From assembly GCF_037042905.1 (NCBI RefSeq), contig NC_087252.1:12960001-13024000 (forward strand): a DNA stretch of 64,000 nt, read 5' to 3'. The notes beneath the pieces are model-generated. The model was given only the letters and a program-made list of their open reading frames with translations, was not told the origin of the DNA and did no database searches. Below, piece after piece: positions 27,001 to 42,000 of this stretch. Source of the stretch: Lytechinus pictus (Eukaryota). Position numbers and translations under genes: made by a program. The stretch's first letter is position 1, and each line of letters opens with the position of its first letter.

Positions 27001-30000
27001 TTTCATGGAAGAAAGAACATTAAGTATTTCGGTATTCGACGTTGGATTAAAAGATAGTGATTTGGGTACATGGTTACATAAATAATCACAAAAATGCGAT
27101 GAAGAAGTTTTGATTTTTTCTTGAGTTACCTTTCCAATATTGATAAAATAACTATTGAATACTTCAGCAATAGTTGATTTCTTCGAGATCTTTTCCTGAT
27201 TGAAATACATATAAGATGGTAATGTGTTTTTTCTTTTACCTAATAAATTGTTTATCCTCGACCAGGTTTTTTTCATATCACCCCTCACTTTATTGAATAC
27301 ATTTTCGTAGTAAATCCTTTTGCTATATGATTTTGGTGTCTAAACCATGGTTTCAAGAGTAAATCAATACATTGGGATAATTAACAAGGACTATCGATGG
27401 TCCAGTATGCTAAATAAATCCAAGATGGGTTCCAAAAAATGAAGTCTAAAATTGCTGTTGCTACTTACAAATGGAAATAGTTCATGTAATGTATCCACCT
27501 GACAGGGGCGGATCCAGCCTTCGCCAGTTATAACAAATTTCAAGGTTTGTTAACTGTCATGTTTAGCAATATTGTGTCGTCATTAATATTCATTAGGTGG
27601 AGTCAATACCTAATGCATTAAATTAGGTGTCATTCCTTCTTTCTTCCTTTTTTTTATTATCGGAGGACAAAATTTCAATAAATACCTCATACAGCGCGTC
27701 CCAAAAAAATGTCCCTCTGATATGCGGCTAAATTACTTCAAAAAATAGAAATTATTCTCAATGAAATTTATGGAACTAGGAAGCTCATATCATGTTCTAA
27801 CTTCTATAGAAATTTCATTGGTCTTGCTTCAGTGATTTTGAAAACACAGTTTATTATGTAACAGTTGTGCTTTTCAGCCCATTCCAAGTTTGCATGTATG
27901 CAGCACTGCTGTGTGTTCTGCATTTTCTAGCATATCAACCCCTTTTGAACATTCTGACCAAGGAATTCCCTGATCTGACCAGGGAAATCTCCATGATCTA
28001 ACCAGGCTCATCAAATCACAACCTTGAGCATCTTCAGAAGGGCAAAAACAATATTTGACAGTCCATTTCATGTTAGATAACAGGAGATGCACAATGATTA
28101 TGACAACAGGTCAAGTCTGTTTCATGCCTAATTCATGCCTAATACTGCATTTTGTTTTCATTACTTTTTTTGTTGATAAGCTACTGTGGTTAAGTTAATT
28201 CAATGTAAATTTTAAAAAGAAATGCCAAATATTTATCTGGTGAAGTTCATTTTCGCAAAGGGTGATTAACTTGTGGATTCCCCTTTATTTTTCAGCTTAT
28301 TTTACTCATCCATCATTCACATTTTCTTTCCAAGATGGTGCACTGATTCCCCTTATCAATCATCAAACAAACTCAATTTGTATGTTTCTTGTCCTTCAGA
28401 ACATGCCCAAGTGTATGATTTGATGAACCTGGATATGATTAGGGAAATGTCCCTACTCAGATCCTGGATGTAGAAATGGGGGTTAATATGCCATAGACAA
28501 TGCAGAAATGCGTCAATGCTGCAAACTTGGAATGGGCTAAAATGCACCACTGTTACGTAACAGAGTGTGTATTCAAAACCGCTGAAGCGCGACCAATGAC
28601 ATTTTTATAGAAGTTAGATCACGAGTTGAGCTTTCCACTCATGAATATTTACTTGAGAATACTACTACATTTTAGAATTAATTCAGCCCTATGTCAGAGG
28701 GACATTTTTTTGGGACGCGCTGTGTAATGGAATATAAAAGAACAAATGGGATGTGACATCGTCAGTTTGCTCATTGAATATTCATACAATTCTTTCAACG
28801 AAATCATGCAAATTTGTTTAAATGTCATATTTTTTAAAATATTCTTTGTCCAATTCTTATTAAATTCTACGTGAAACATTTATCTGATGTTTCTGTAGCT
28901 GATCAAATCGTATAATTTGTAGCCTGGAGTACCCCTTTAGATACTAGCAATTATTCAATCATTGTTTATGCTTATTTATATGCCTTTTCCTGAAAGTTGA
29001 TTGAAATGAATTAATAAATAAATAACATTCAATCTAAGTTGCTATTCAACCCAGATACCGCCATGTGTTATTGTAATATTCTTTCAGCGTATATAATATA
29101 ACAGACCACTATGACAACATAATTCTGTTTTTTTTACATAGGTCAAATCGAAAGAAAATGAACTGAAGCAATTGATAGAATTTCAACCTTATGAGGAGCA
29201 AGTCAGGTTGACAATCTACGAGTTTGACAATTGTCATGCCCAAATAGAGGAAGTAAGCCAACAGATGAATAGCTGTAATTTTAGAATATTTCACACGGTC
29301 TTTATTGTCGGCAAAGCTAATTGCACGCACATATAGATAGTAGTCAAGCTAGCAGCTTGCCTAAAATGGCATTTAACGTGTGTTTGGATATTATTTGTAC
29401 ACTATGCGATGACAACCCTGATGATAGAGAATCTTAAGTATGCTGAAATTCAAATTTTCTTAGCCTGGCTGTAATAAAATCTATATAATTTCATACTTTG
29501 TTGAAACATGGATATCGGGGTAGTCAAGTTCATTGATCATCTTCTTCAAGTTACAAATAACATGATCAAGACGAAAGTTCAATTAGGGTCGATAAAGTTC
29601 GACCATGTTGTCATATCAATATCAAAACTTGACCAAGGTTGCGCTTTTTATTTCTGATGTAATTTTAAAAATAGTCTCTATTGCATAAACCTTTCCTTCA
29701 TTGGATATAAAGTTTCAGCAAATGGATGAAAGTTAAAAGTCTTGTTCCACTTTTTGTAGTCCTACATTATAATAATTCGAGATGGTTGCTCAAAAGCCAC
29801 ATTACGAAAATAATTATTAGCCTTAATCCTATTTGTAACTGATACTAGTTGCTAATTGTCATTAATACAAAGGTTTTGTGAGATCATAAAAATGTTATTT
29901 TGTTTCATCTCCATTTTTAATAAAGCTTAATAAGTCGGTTGATTTAGGACAGTCATTGATGTACAGAATAAGAAATGAAGTACCTAGGATAGATCACTGA

Positions 30001-33000
30001 TGTACCTCACAATTTATTTTTCTAGTTTATAATAAATAATAAAGCAATCCAGTTTGATTGACATCTATGTCTGTTTAATCTGTATGTAATATTTGAATAA
30101 GGGGTTCTAATATTTTCTTGTTCCGCTGCTACTATCTATTAACGTAAACTTGAATGTTGTCTATCCGTAAGAGTGGTCTTGTATAGACTATGCCTTATAA
30201 AAATAAGATGACAAGCAAAAAAATGACTAATATGAAAATATCTCTCTTTTATGAATAAATATTTTTAGGTTAAAGAGGTTCAAGATCGCATTGATGCAAT
30301 TATCAAGGAGGTGCCTTACATGAAAGTCCCAATTCCAGTAAAGTGGAATACATTTCTATGTGAAATAGAAGGCAGTGGTAAAAATACTTGGACTGTGAAA
30401 GAGGTAAGAAGATGCATTTTTTAAAATCCGATAATAAGATATTCAGTTTTTCTGCATTACTATCTAAAATGGTAAATTGGTTTTCAGTGGACACATGAGT
30501 GTAAAAGGAGTGGGGGATTATAGTCTACTTTTACCAAGTATAACTGCAATTTTTACTGAAACTTTACATTGTTTTTGTTCTAAGTTCCTGTTTTTTACAC
30601 ATTTCACTACAATGTAAACTAATGCCAGTGGCGTAAATCTGGTCCGAGCAGTGGGAGCTGATAGCTGCTTGATATGAATATTAAAAAATTGCGGGACATC
30701 CAAAACACAGGATATATAATAAACCTTGTACATAATTCCATCTTTCACTTATAGGCCTATCACTGAGGATTATTTTTTTCAATGACCTTATTGTAAAAAA
30801 ATATTCAAGCCAGCAAATTTTCAGTAGTTGGAGGACAGAATGTTGTCCAAAAATATCCCGTAAATAACATCACTAGCTTTGCATGCAAGGGTACAACCGT
30901 GTAATAATGCTGCTGTGTATCATTTCTGGTAATGATAGTTGAAGGCATATTGCATCTTTTCGATGACTATTGTAATGGTTTTGTTGTGATAAAACTCTTG
31001 AATTGTAGTTAAGATCTTAGTAAGCGAGGGAAGCGAGCAACGAAATTTTCAGTACTTGGAAGATAGAATAATGTCCAAAAGCGTCTTTCAAGGGCCTTGT
31101 AATTATGAGAGGAATGCAGCAAGCGAGCAAATAGTTGTTACAGTCGTTAAAATAATGTGCATATACAGTGCGTATCTATAAAAAGTTTACACAATATACA
31201 ATATTGGGATATCTATAGTACGGGAGATGTTGATCATCGTGGTAGTATAGAATCGGTAAAGGAAATAATCTGTTGTCTCACGATGCGACAAACTGAAATT
31301 ACGACGTTTCGACTGCACCTGCTCGTCTTCGTCAGGCAAAAAAGTGGACAATCTTCCACAAACTCACACACAACTTCACAGCCACTCTTTAAAACTTTTT
31401 TACACACTTAATGAAATGAAATGAAACATTAGGACAAGTAACAAGGATGGTTAGTGTTCAATTTTGTCAAAAAACCAAGGTAAATTATACAATTTCATGA
31501 AAATGGGTGCTGTTACCAACTCATGAAGCAATCTAATAACTTATCCCCATGCATTTAGGTGTTGGCACCAAAATTATTTCTCAGAAGTGGATATTGTATG
31601 AATTATTTGTCCACTTTTAAGTACATTTGTTGTTGTTAGTCCTTATTGTCCAACTTAATGGAAATTCGTTTTGTTTAGATGCAAACATACAAATTACAAC
31701 ACATCATACAAATTACAACACATTTATAGAAAAATATACATAGGAAGCCAACTTGGATTCAAGGCAAAATGGATAACTGCATATCATTGTAACCAGTCCC
31801 AAAATGTTTTGTACCATTGAAACCCTAGTGTAGACACCAAAATAATACCCCCAGGTGTATTTTTAATGTTCTACATCCACTTTTGACCGTATCTATGCCA
31901 GGGTATTTTGCGAGATCATATGACCGGGGGCTCCCAGGGCCCCCGACTCCCTTTATATCTCGACCGTCGATCGCCACGAAGATTGGCACACAGGTTTGTC
32001 TAGGACATATTCTACAAAATTCTATATCAGTTTCTTTCATGCAAATTGTTATTAATTAAATATGCTAATTTATGCCTTATAAATATGCAAAATCATACCT
32101 TTTCCTCTAATCCTCTAATAAGCTCTTAACGTTATGTGTTTTTTTGTGTGTGTAAAAACTCTTTGTAGTGTTCTTAGCGAATGTACGAAAAAAAAAGTGG
32201 CCATATCACATCAATTTCTTATGTGTTATATTATTTTTGCAATTTATTATGTATTTCTTTGGTTTTTTTACCTTTTGTTTTTCAATGTTCCTTGGATAAA
32301 CTTTGTCAGGGACTCTTTTGAGATCATAGACAGCATAAAATAAATCCATTTAAGCCAGCAAAAATAAAAATAATCATACATTCCTTGCTTTTGTTTGAGA
32401 AAACATTTGCATCGACTTTGTACGCAAAATCACGTTTTTGAGCAATTTTAGGTCTGACGTGCACTTAGCAAATGTAGCGTAATTTTGGAACCGTGTACCC
32501 GGGTGTCACAAAACGGGTCTCAAAAATGCACAAGGCTTGAAACTAAATAAACTAAACTAAATAAAGCGACGCGGTCAAAAAAGTGTGCACGTCACAAATA
32601 TTGCGAGAATCGTTGCTGGGGGCCTCAGAGCTCCCCCCCCCCCCGGCCTCTATAAGGTGAAGTAAGTAACAGCAGTCATTAAAGACCCCTTTTTAAGCCA
32701 TTTTGGATTTTTGGACATACTTGACACCTGACTGTTCTTTCAACTTTACCCAATGTATTACTTAACCCTTTAAACTCTAGTTTAGACACCGAAATCATAT
32801 CCCTAATGTGTATATAATGAACTCTGTCTACTTTTAAGTAACAAATTAATTTAGACCCCATTGTGAGTCATCTTGATTCTACCAGACCACTGACTGTAAC
32901 TTGCCCTAGTGAATTTACCCATTAAACATGTTAAAATCATGGTTTAGATACCAAACTCATTTTCCCCAGACAAATATTAAACAAACCAGACCATTTTATA

Positions 33001-36000
33001 AGTACAATGTAACATTAGAAAATATACTCCATTATTAGAATCCATCTTGGATTTTTGGACAAACCAGACCACTAAATGTCCTTGTAACTTATCCTAATAT
33101 ATTATTTGACACTTCAAACCAGTCGTTTAGACACCAAAATCACATCTCCCAAGCCAATATGAAATAAGTCTTGTCCACTCTAAGTACAGCAGCTAATTTA
33201 GAATCAATTTTTGGAAGCCAGCTTAGATTTTTGGACATGCTTGACACCTGACTGTCCTTTCAACTTGACCCAGTATATTACTTTACCCTTTAAACTCTAG
33301 TTTATACACCTAAATCATATACCCAAGGTGTATATAATGAACTATGTCTACTTTTAACTAACAAGTCAATTTGGACCCCATTTTGTGAGTCATCTTGAAT
33401 TTTTTAACATACCAGACCACTGAATGTTCTTGTAACTTGCTGTAGTGAATTGAACATTTAAACCATGGTTTAGACACCAAACTCATATTCCCCAGACAGA
33501 TACTGAACAAACTATATCCATTTATTAGTCACATCAGAAAATATTTACTCCATTATTGGAAGCAATCTTGGATTTTTGGACAAACCAGACCACTGACTGT
33601 CCTTGTAATTAGTCTTATCCTAATATATTATTTGACCCCTCAAACCAGTTGTTTAGACACCAAAATCAGAAAATCCGAAACCAATATGAAACTGACAGTC
33701 TTTTCCAATATAAGTACAGCAGCCAATTAAGAATCAATTTTTGTAAGCCAGCTTGGATTTGGGGGGACATACCAGACTTCTGAAATTCCTTTTAACTTGT
33801 ACCGACTTTTTATTTTACCCATTTAACCATGGCATAAACACAAAATCATATTCCTGGATATTGAGCAAATTATATGTAGCGGGGGGTGTAGGTAAACGGC
33901 ATATTACCTTAGCGATTTGAGACTTTATTTTTGGAGGCCATCTTGGATTTTTAACATACTGGGGCGGTATTCTAAAAGCTCAATTAGCGGTTTAGTATTT
34001 TGGTATTCTGAAAAGTCGCTTAATTAAACTTTATTTTTGGAAGCCATGTTCATTTTTTTTATCCACCAGACCACTGACTGTCCTTCTAAACTTGTTTCAA
34101 TGTACTCACCCTTAAAACCATCCATTAGAGACCAAATTAAAGCCACTTAAGAAAGTGGACAGAAGTTCTGGATATTTGCCTACGGCAGCCATTTCGGGTG
34201 CCATCTTGGATTTTCCAGGTACACTGGAGTGCTTATGTTTGCTCAAGTCTGTTCATCAACCCCCTAGACCGTAGAATATGAACGGAAATAGGATTCTAGT
34301 GTAGATTATGAGTGAGTTGTATCCATTTCCTTTAAATGGAAAATAACCACTTTTCCGGATGCGGGTTTTATAGTTCTATAGTATATTATTCCTGAGGTCA
34401 AATAGTACCAAAAACTGTTGAAAATTATTTGTTGCAATTTTACCGGGAAAGGGTATTTTTGGTCGTATGTTGACCCGTCTGAAAGGTGATTTGCTTTCAT
34501 CCCTTTGAGTTTCTTCCTTCAAATGTCATTGAAATGCTTAACACTGATCAACGACCTAGCTTCAATCTCTAAATCCCTACATTTTTGCATTAACACATTC
34601 TACGTTTTCACAGTACCTCCCCTGTCAACGCTGCGTGTCTTGCATTGCTCCTCTAACCATTGCGAGATTGTGAAGAAAAACATCTCATGCCAAACATGTT
34701 ACGATGTCATAAGAGAACTGGCCCGGGTACCGGCGGTGCAAAACGGCTGGCTGATTAGTACCGCCAGTACAAAACGGCTAGTCGGTCGGGCCCGCCAAAT
34801 CTAAATGACTGGTTCAAATTTTTGCCGAAACGATAGGAGAGCCGCCGTTTGGTTCCACATTTATCAAATCTTTCTAAGGTAGATATTATAATTATTTACT
34901 TTGATAAATGTTTCAAAATATATTGTAGTGTAATTTTTTATGTAATTTGATGTAATATGTAATATGATTATATTATTCTCCTTTTTCTTCATATGTATAA
35001 TATTATATTATATTATTCTCCTTTTTCTTCATATGTATAAATTTGGTGAAATAAACCTCTCAAAAAAAGTTTGGAAATCTGTGTTTGGCCATTAATTTCT
35101 CCCTACACCCAATTTAAAACAACCCATATTTTACATCATTCGAAAGATAATTTAGTTCTCTTTAAAATGATGCCATGCTTGTTATGATCATGTCATCACG
35201 GAAAGAGCAGGATTCAAATGTGTTGGATAATGTCTGAATTGAAAAGTTGCAAAACGAGCAAAAAGGGTTTGGAAATCTGAGTTTGACCATTCCTTTCTCC
35301 CAACTCCCAATATTGCGCAATGCATATTTGATATCATTCAAAAGATCTTTCAATTCTCTTTAAGATGATACCATGCTTGTTATGATCATGCCATCACGAA
35401 AAGAGCCGGATTCAAAAGTGTTGGATGAGGTCTGAATCGAAAAGCTGCAAAACGAGCAGAAATAGTCATGAAGGGTCAATACAGAACATGGTTCTTTTGT
35501 CTGTGTCAGTAGAGTTAAAATCCATTCAAACCAAGCCCCTGCTTCTGTAGTGATGGTTCTGTGAGATAACATGATTTGTGTCGTTGTTTGAAATACCCAT
35601 GCATGTTTATTTGTTATGTATTTGCTTGTGCAGAGGTGTGTTTGATTCCATGTTAATGTTGATGTTAAGGTGCATTAAAACAATTAAAAGAAATTACTGA
35701 AAACTCACTCATCACCAAAATTAGATGATCTATTCATTAATATTAATTACATATTGATATTTACTAAAACCGATGAGGAATTATCGGTCAAAGTAAAAAC
35801 AAAACCGCTGAGAAACTCACTCATCACCACGGAAAAAAGTACAGTGACTTTCAATATTGTGCCATTTTGCAGCTTTTGAATTTTGACTTTGCCCCACATT
35901 TCAAGACACTGCACCTCCATGTGAACGATAATCATATCATGTAGGGTACCTATTCATCGGTATTAATTACACATTGAAACCGAAGAGGGATTATCGATCA

Positions 36001-39000
36001 AAGTCAGATTTCCAAACTTTGTTTGAGTTTATATAGCGTGAGAAATGTCTCGCGGACAGAACGTCGGTGCCATATATACTTCAATGATAAGTGAAAAAAT
36101 GACAATACAAAACTTGTAGCTGCTTAATATCTCTTATTGCGCCAATCTTTGATGATCGTAAGAAGCTACGACCAGTTTTGAGTCGTCATTAATAAAATAT
36201 ATATACACATACATGTGTGTGTGTTTTCTTATGTCAGCACCAAAGCCCCCCCCCCCCCTCCTCCCCCAATTTTAAGGTCATTTTGGCGGCCCCTCATTTT
36301 TACAGGTCAATTTGATGCCCCTAAGTAATTTAATGTCAATTCCCCCCCCCCCCCAACCATGTGAAACATGAATGCGCCCAAGCCAAGCATCAAATTGCCG
36401 CCCAAAGGTCGAACATAATTATGATCAATTCGGCACCTCCTTACAGGTCACACTTCAAATGGTTGCCCACGCTCTTTTATAAACTGTTTAAATCCCCCTT
36501 GTCCCCTTTCTTTTTTACTTTTCCCCCTTTCGGGTTAAGATCTTCCCTGTCCCCCCCCCCCCCTTCTCTTTTTATAATTACTTTCTCCCAATTAAATTTG
36601 CGATCTCTTCTTAGAATCTCGCTTTTTTTTTATTTCCCTTTTATTTTCATCTATTTCCTTCTTTTTGGCACCTCCTTTTTGGACTACCCGGGTTCCCTTA
36701 GCCCCCCCCCCCCCTCCCCAAAAAATAAAAAAATAAAAATATGTGCATGTGTGTGGTTTGTCTTAATGAGGTGACACTGAGAGTTCCCTGTGTTTTTGGC
36801 AGCCTTGATGGACTATTAAGCTATTCGTTTTTTTTTTTTTTTTTTTTTTTTTTTTCTATACTTTGGGGGTTTCATGAGCACGCAACAGTGTTTACCACCA
36901 CCCACCCTCAGCACACCAGTCGCCATCCCATCCTTTCTTGCCCCGGTTTCTTACTTGAGTAATGAAGACCGAAAGATCTATAAACAAAATCGAAGTTTAC
37001 ACCCCTAAGAGCACAGGCGTACAAAGGGAGCACTCACTGTGAATATGACTTCGTGGCCCCAAACAGCTGTAATCAACAGGAAGTGTGCTAAAATAATGCA
37101 TAAATTATATTTCCAAAAACATATATACATCTCTTTGTCCCAAAATAAGATTCTCAAATCGGCAACTGTACTGTTTTGTGGGTGTGGTTGATTTGGAGGA
37201 GCCAATTGGTTGAAAAGGACCACTGGAATTTCACATTTTGCTGCATGAACGGCGTATAGGAACAAATCGCCTGGTCGGAACAAATCGGCTATGACAATCG
37301 CATCACACGACAAAATTCGGAACTAATTGGTGGATAAAAGAGCCGCCGATTAGTTCCTCCGGCCCCGATCGGCTGCCCGGTCGAATTCGCCTATGACACC
37401 GGCAAGTCACCACGGATGTACTAAACCAGGGACCTTGTAGGTCAATGGCCCAATCAAAATTGCATAATTTAGATCAACTCCAGTTTTAGGTAGTTTGCAA
37501 AAGAGGAAAGCAGGAGGAAACCTTACAACAAAGTGGATTTCGTGCATGTACATTCAAACCTCAAACTTTTTAAAAGTATGTTTTGTATCATGACCTTTGA
37601 AGTACCATGACTCTGTGATCCGTGACAACTGTGATCAAGGAAGGTGTCAAACAAATTTCATCAGTTACACAATTATGTACGGTAGAAAATATAGGATAAA
37701 TAATGTATTCATTATGTAGCTGATCTTTAAACTTCGGTTACCTTTTTTTAGAAGCAACCTGTATATTGTCCCATTTACAAAAGATGAGTTACACATTGCA
37801 CAATTTATTACGTACATTATACAAAGAAATTATTTGAGATTGTGTCATCTTGTACTTTTTATTTACATGTTAAGAATATTTTAGTACCGATTTTAAGGCC
37901 ACACTTAAATAATTTGGAACAAAAGGTCGCAAGAAAGAAAGTGCCTAATACCAAAAATCAACGATTCGTGTAAATAATAGACTGGAAATTCAAAAAAACA
38001 TGCTTGTTGGAATGTTACTTTTAATTATTTTACTACGATTTAAAATTCAATTGAGAATGAAAATCGATCATTCTGATTGATTAAAAATCAGTAATACTTA
38101 TAATATATACATATCTGTTATTCCATACGTCATTGTAAAGTTACTTTGCGATTATTTGTTGAAAGGTGATATTAAAAGCGATGATTTGCTTTGTAATAAT
38201 GATAATTATATGCAACATTTATATAGCGCTTACCCTGGCTTGCTTTAGCACGGCTAGCCTGATTAGGAATTCCTACTGTGTTCCCATTTACTGCACTTGG
38301 GTGGAGAGTGGCAATATAGATAACACTTGACAAAGGACGCGAGTACTGTGGTGGTATTCGAACCCCGTACTTTGTGGTTCAAAGTCCGGAGGCCTATCCA
38401 CTGAGCTGCAACACCTCTGATTATCTTCTCAAAAGGTCACAGATATTTTATAATCTTCCATAGGCACTGTCAGAAATGGGGAAATGGAAAATCACTGATG
38501 AGGATGAATTGCAGAATATGTTGAAGTCTCATCACGACACAGGCCACATCATATATCACAAAGGGTGTGAGCTTATCGTACTTAGGCCACAGTTTCTGAA
38601 CAGCATCATCAGTAATATCATAACAGTCTTCGACGACAAGAAAGTAGTGAGAATCGATCTTTATTCATTGAACAGTTTGTTGTAAAATTGACAGAAATTT
38701 ATCTCCAAGTTTTCTTTATCATCATTTTCCCCCTTTGCATCGGACTCCTGACGTTCGTTGCTACCCTCCCCTCACTTATATCGTACCATATTGTATCATT
38801 TCATACGAAGACGTACACGATGAAAGCAAATCTTTTATTTATCTTGCTTCGCTACAATAAATGAATAACGATATATCATATTTGTCATATAACAAATTTG
38901 AATAGGATATATATGTGAATTAGATTCATTGGAATAATTTGCATTTAGGCCACGATCAAGAACCTTATAACCTCACACTAATATTATTTGTATTGTCACG

Positions 39001-42000
39001 GTCATTTTACAATTTTTATTATCTCACAGGGAAGTAAAATGAGCAACCATTACAAAGAACTCTGTAATAAAGGGATACTTCATATAGACATCATTAAAGA
39101 TGTATGGAAGGAACATAAAGGAGAAGGTGCCCAACTTGAAGACATTATCGACATGATGATCAAGTTTGATCTCATATGTGAAATTCCAGATACAAATACA
39201 GACGATGGGGTGAGTTGTGACGACATTTAGTGTGACCATGATGTGTGTTTTTTAACGCAAAATCAAGGCAAGGAATAAGACATTTATCATGACCTTTAGC
39301 TAACACTAAAATATTATACTATCATCCTAAATGTTTTACTATACCTCCACACAAGGTAGGAAGTCTCCAGAAGATTTAAGTTTTCAGGTTGTCAGTCTGT
39401 CCCGATTTTGTTCTTGCTCTCTAACACGGATCGACTTCAAACTTACATCCAATGTGCACTATGAGTGACAATTAATTATTCTGACTAATTATGGAATTGT
39501 GAGGTCAAAGATCACAGTACAGATCATGATTTTCCTTTAGATGCTCAAGGCGACTGTGGGTGCGTGAGTTTTATCTCGATTATTAAAGCAGTCCATGTAT
39601 CTTAAATGAACCAAATCTATACAGTGGTGCTAATAAGTTTCCCTCCAGAAAATGAGCATATGGAATTCAAGACCCGCCATGTTTTAGATGTTTAATCGTC
39701 AAGTAAGTTGATAAAATATTACATTCAGTTGTAGTTTTTTTGCCTCCATTCAATATTTATCATGAAGGATTCTCTGGTGAGGTTCACAATGGACCTATGA
39801 GCTTAGTAACTTTTTGGGCACCACTGTAGGGATAAAGTCTAGATTCAAAAGAGTCTAACAAGGAAAGATCTAACATATAATGGAACAGCAAACTTTATAT
39901 CTAAACACTGACATTACCTAGGCTGAAAGTTAGCCGAGCCTATAGGACGTATAGGATAAGGCCCTAAATCCCCTAAATTAGACATAACAAATTACGTTGG
40001 GCATTGTAGGCCTAATGATGAGCAGGTCTTATGCAGTCTTCCGCGTTATCAAGTATGTATGTGGCATAATAGGGTCAAAATCACACCTATTGAGATAAGA
40101 GACGAATTTCTCAGTAGGACCATTGAGGACGAAACAGCAGGCGTGGGTAATTTGAAGAGATTACCACATGCATGACATGGGGAATAACCTTTGAGGGGCT
40201 CGAGCGAATTTTTGATGGGCGTTTGGTATCTTTGACCGATCAGAGGGTATTATCCTGTTCTCAAGGTAACTAAATGTGCATTACATGTGCTTGGCCTTTG
40301 AAAAGTGTGATCTTGATTATCTTATTTTCTTTTTAAACATGTATCATTAAAAGAAAAATCCTCAGTTTATTCATGATGTACAGTATATGTATAGGTTCTC
40401 AAAAATGACCACTGATTGAAACCAATTGTTCATGTAGGCATTTTAAATGTACATGTACGTGAATAAATGTTCACATGGTTGTCTGAGTACGGATTTCGAA
40501 TGTACACATGTGTCATTTTGGTTCAAAATGTTGGTTAAAATATCCAATTAGGGAAACCAATAGTTGTATAAGGATATAGGGAGCTGAATGTCAGATTAGA
40601 TTTTTGTCAAATGATACAGAAACGGATCAAAATAATGATCCTTTAAGATCAAACTGAATCAAATTGGAACTGGAATAAATGTTTGGCACCATCTTGGAAG
40701 CAGCGGCGTAATGGCAGTGGGGGCCGCCAAGTTGTCCCTCAAGGAATTTCGACCAATGTCAGCCTAAATTTGTGCAAAAAAGTAAATTGTAATTTTTTGC
40801 GCACTACATTTCATAAAGTTCAGACCTATCTGCAGCAAATCCCCCCCCCCCAAAAAAAAAAAGATTTAAGCATACTGCCTCCTCTGGCGGGAGGACTTCG
40901 CCCCCGATACCAAATGCCTCAATACGCCACTGCTTGGAGAGACGATAGCTTTAATAAATAATCAGCTAATCTCTTTTCTTCTTAAGGAACATTCAACTTT
41001 ATTGAAATATTTTCTTCTTTAAAACATTGTAAAAAAGAGGCATTGCAATCAGTCGTAATGAATGGCAAATATAGACATTGCGTAAGAGATGGCTGTACAA
41101 AACAATATTACGATATGAATTCACTATTTATGCTTTTCATAAGGGCTGCTTTTGTTTCACTGTCTCAATGTGAAGTGACGTTTATTTGCCTCGAATCTGA
41201 GAACAAACAAATGCAAAGCCGTCTTGATATTCTTTAACCCTAAAAAGACTCCCCTGTACATAAACTGTTATAATTTTATTTAATTCCATGAGCAATTTCA
41301 CAGCCTCCTTAATTTTCTAGATGAAACCCATGGCTTTCGTTTTGATAGCACGTAACAGTTTTGTTCTTGAGGAGAGCCTTTTAGCTGTAGGGTGGGATGT
41401 AAAGACGCTGATGCAGGTGTTATCGGTAGGGAGGGGGTTATCATCAGGTGGGCATACTGTGATGGGAGGCAGGGACTGGAAACCTTCTGCACTAGCTGGT
41501 AGACTAGGACTGGAGGTCTAGGAATACTTCTGCAAAGTTGGAGAAAAAAAAATATTCAAATTTACGTTGATATACGTTGATTTACGTTTTCGGGGGGAAG
41601 TAGGTATGGACAAGCGTATAAGGACATCTACCCCCTGGACATCCACCCCCGAACATCCAGCCCCCGGATATCCACCATTAATTACATCTAGGACACCCAC
41701 CCCTAGGAAAAGTACCCCCTAGGAAATCTACCCCCTGGACACTGGCACTGGGGAATCCAGGGGGGCACAGCCGCCCGTGCCACCTTGAGAAGCAAATTTG
41801 TCAATTTTTTCCTCGGAAAAATGTGCCCCCCTTTTGAAAATCCTGGATCCGCCCCTGCCCCCGGACATTTACTCCCCCCGGACATCTACCCCCTGACAAA
41901 GGAAGGAAAGGAGAAAATCGTCAATTATTTGAAGACGTTTCCATGAAAGTGATTTGAATCAATGATTAAAAAAATCATAGTGAGATATATCAAATCTTGT

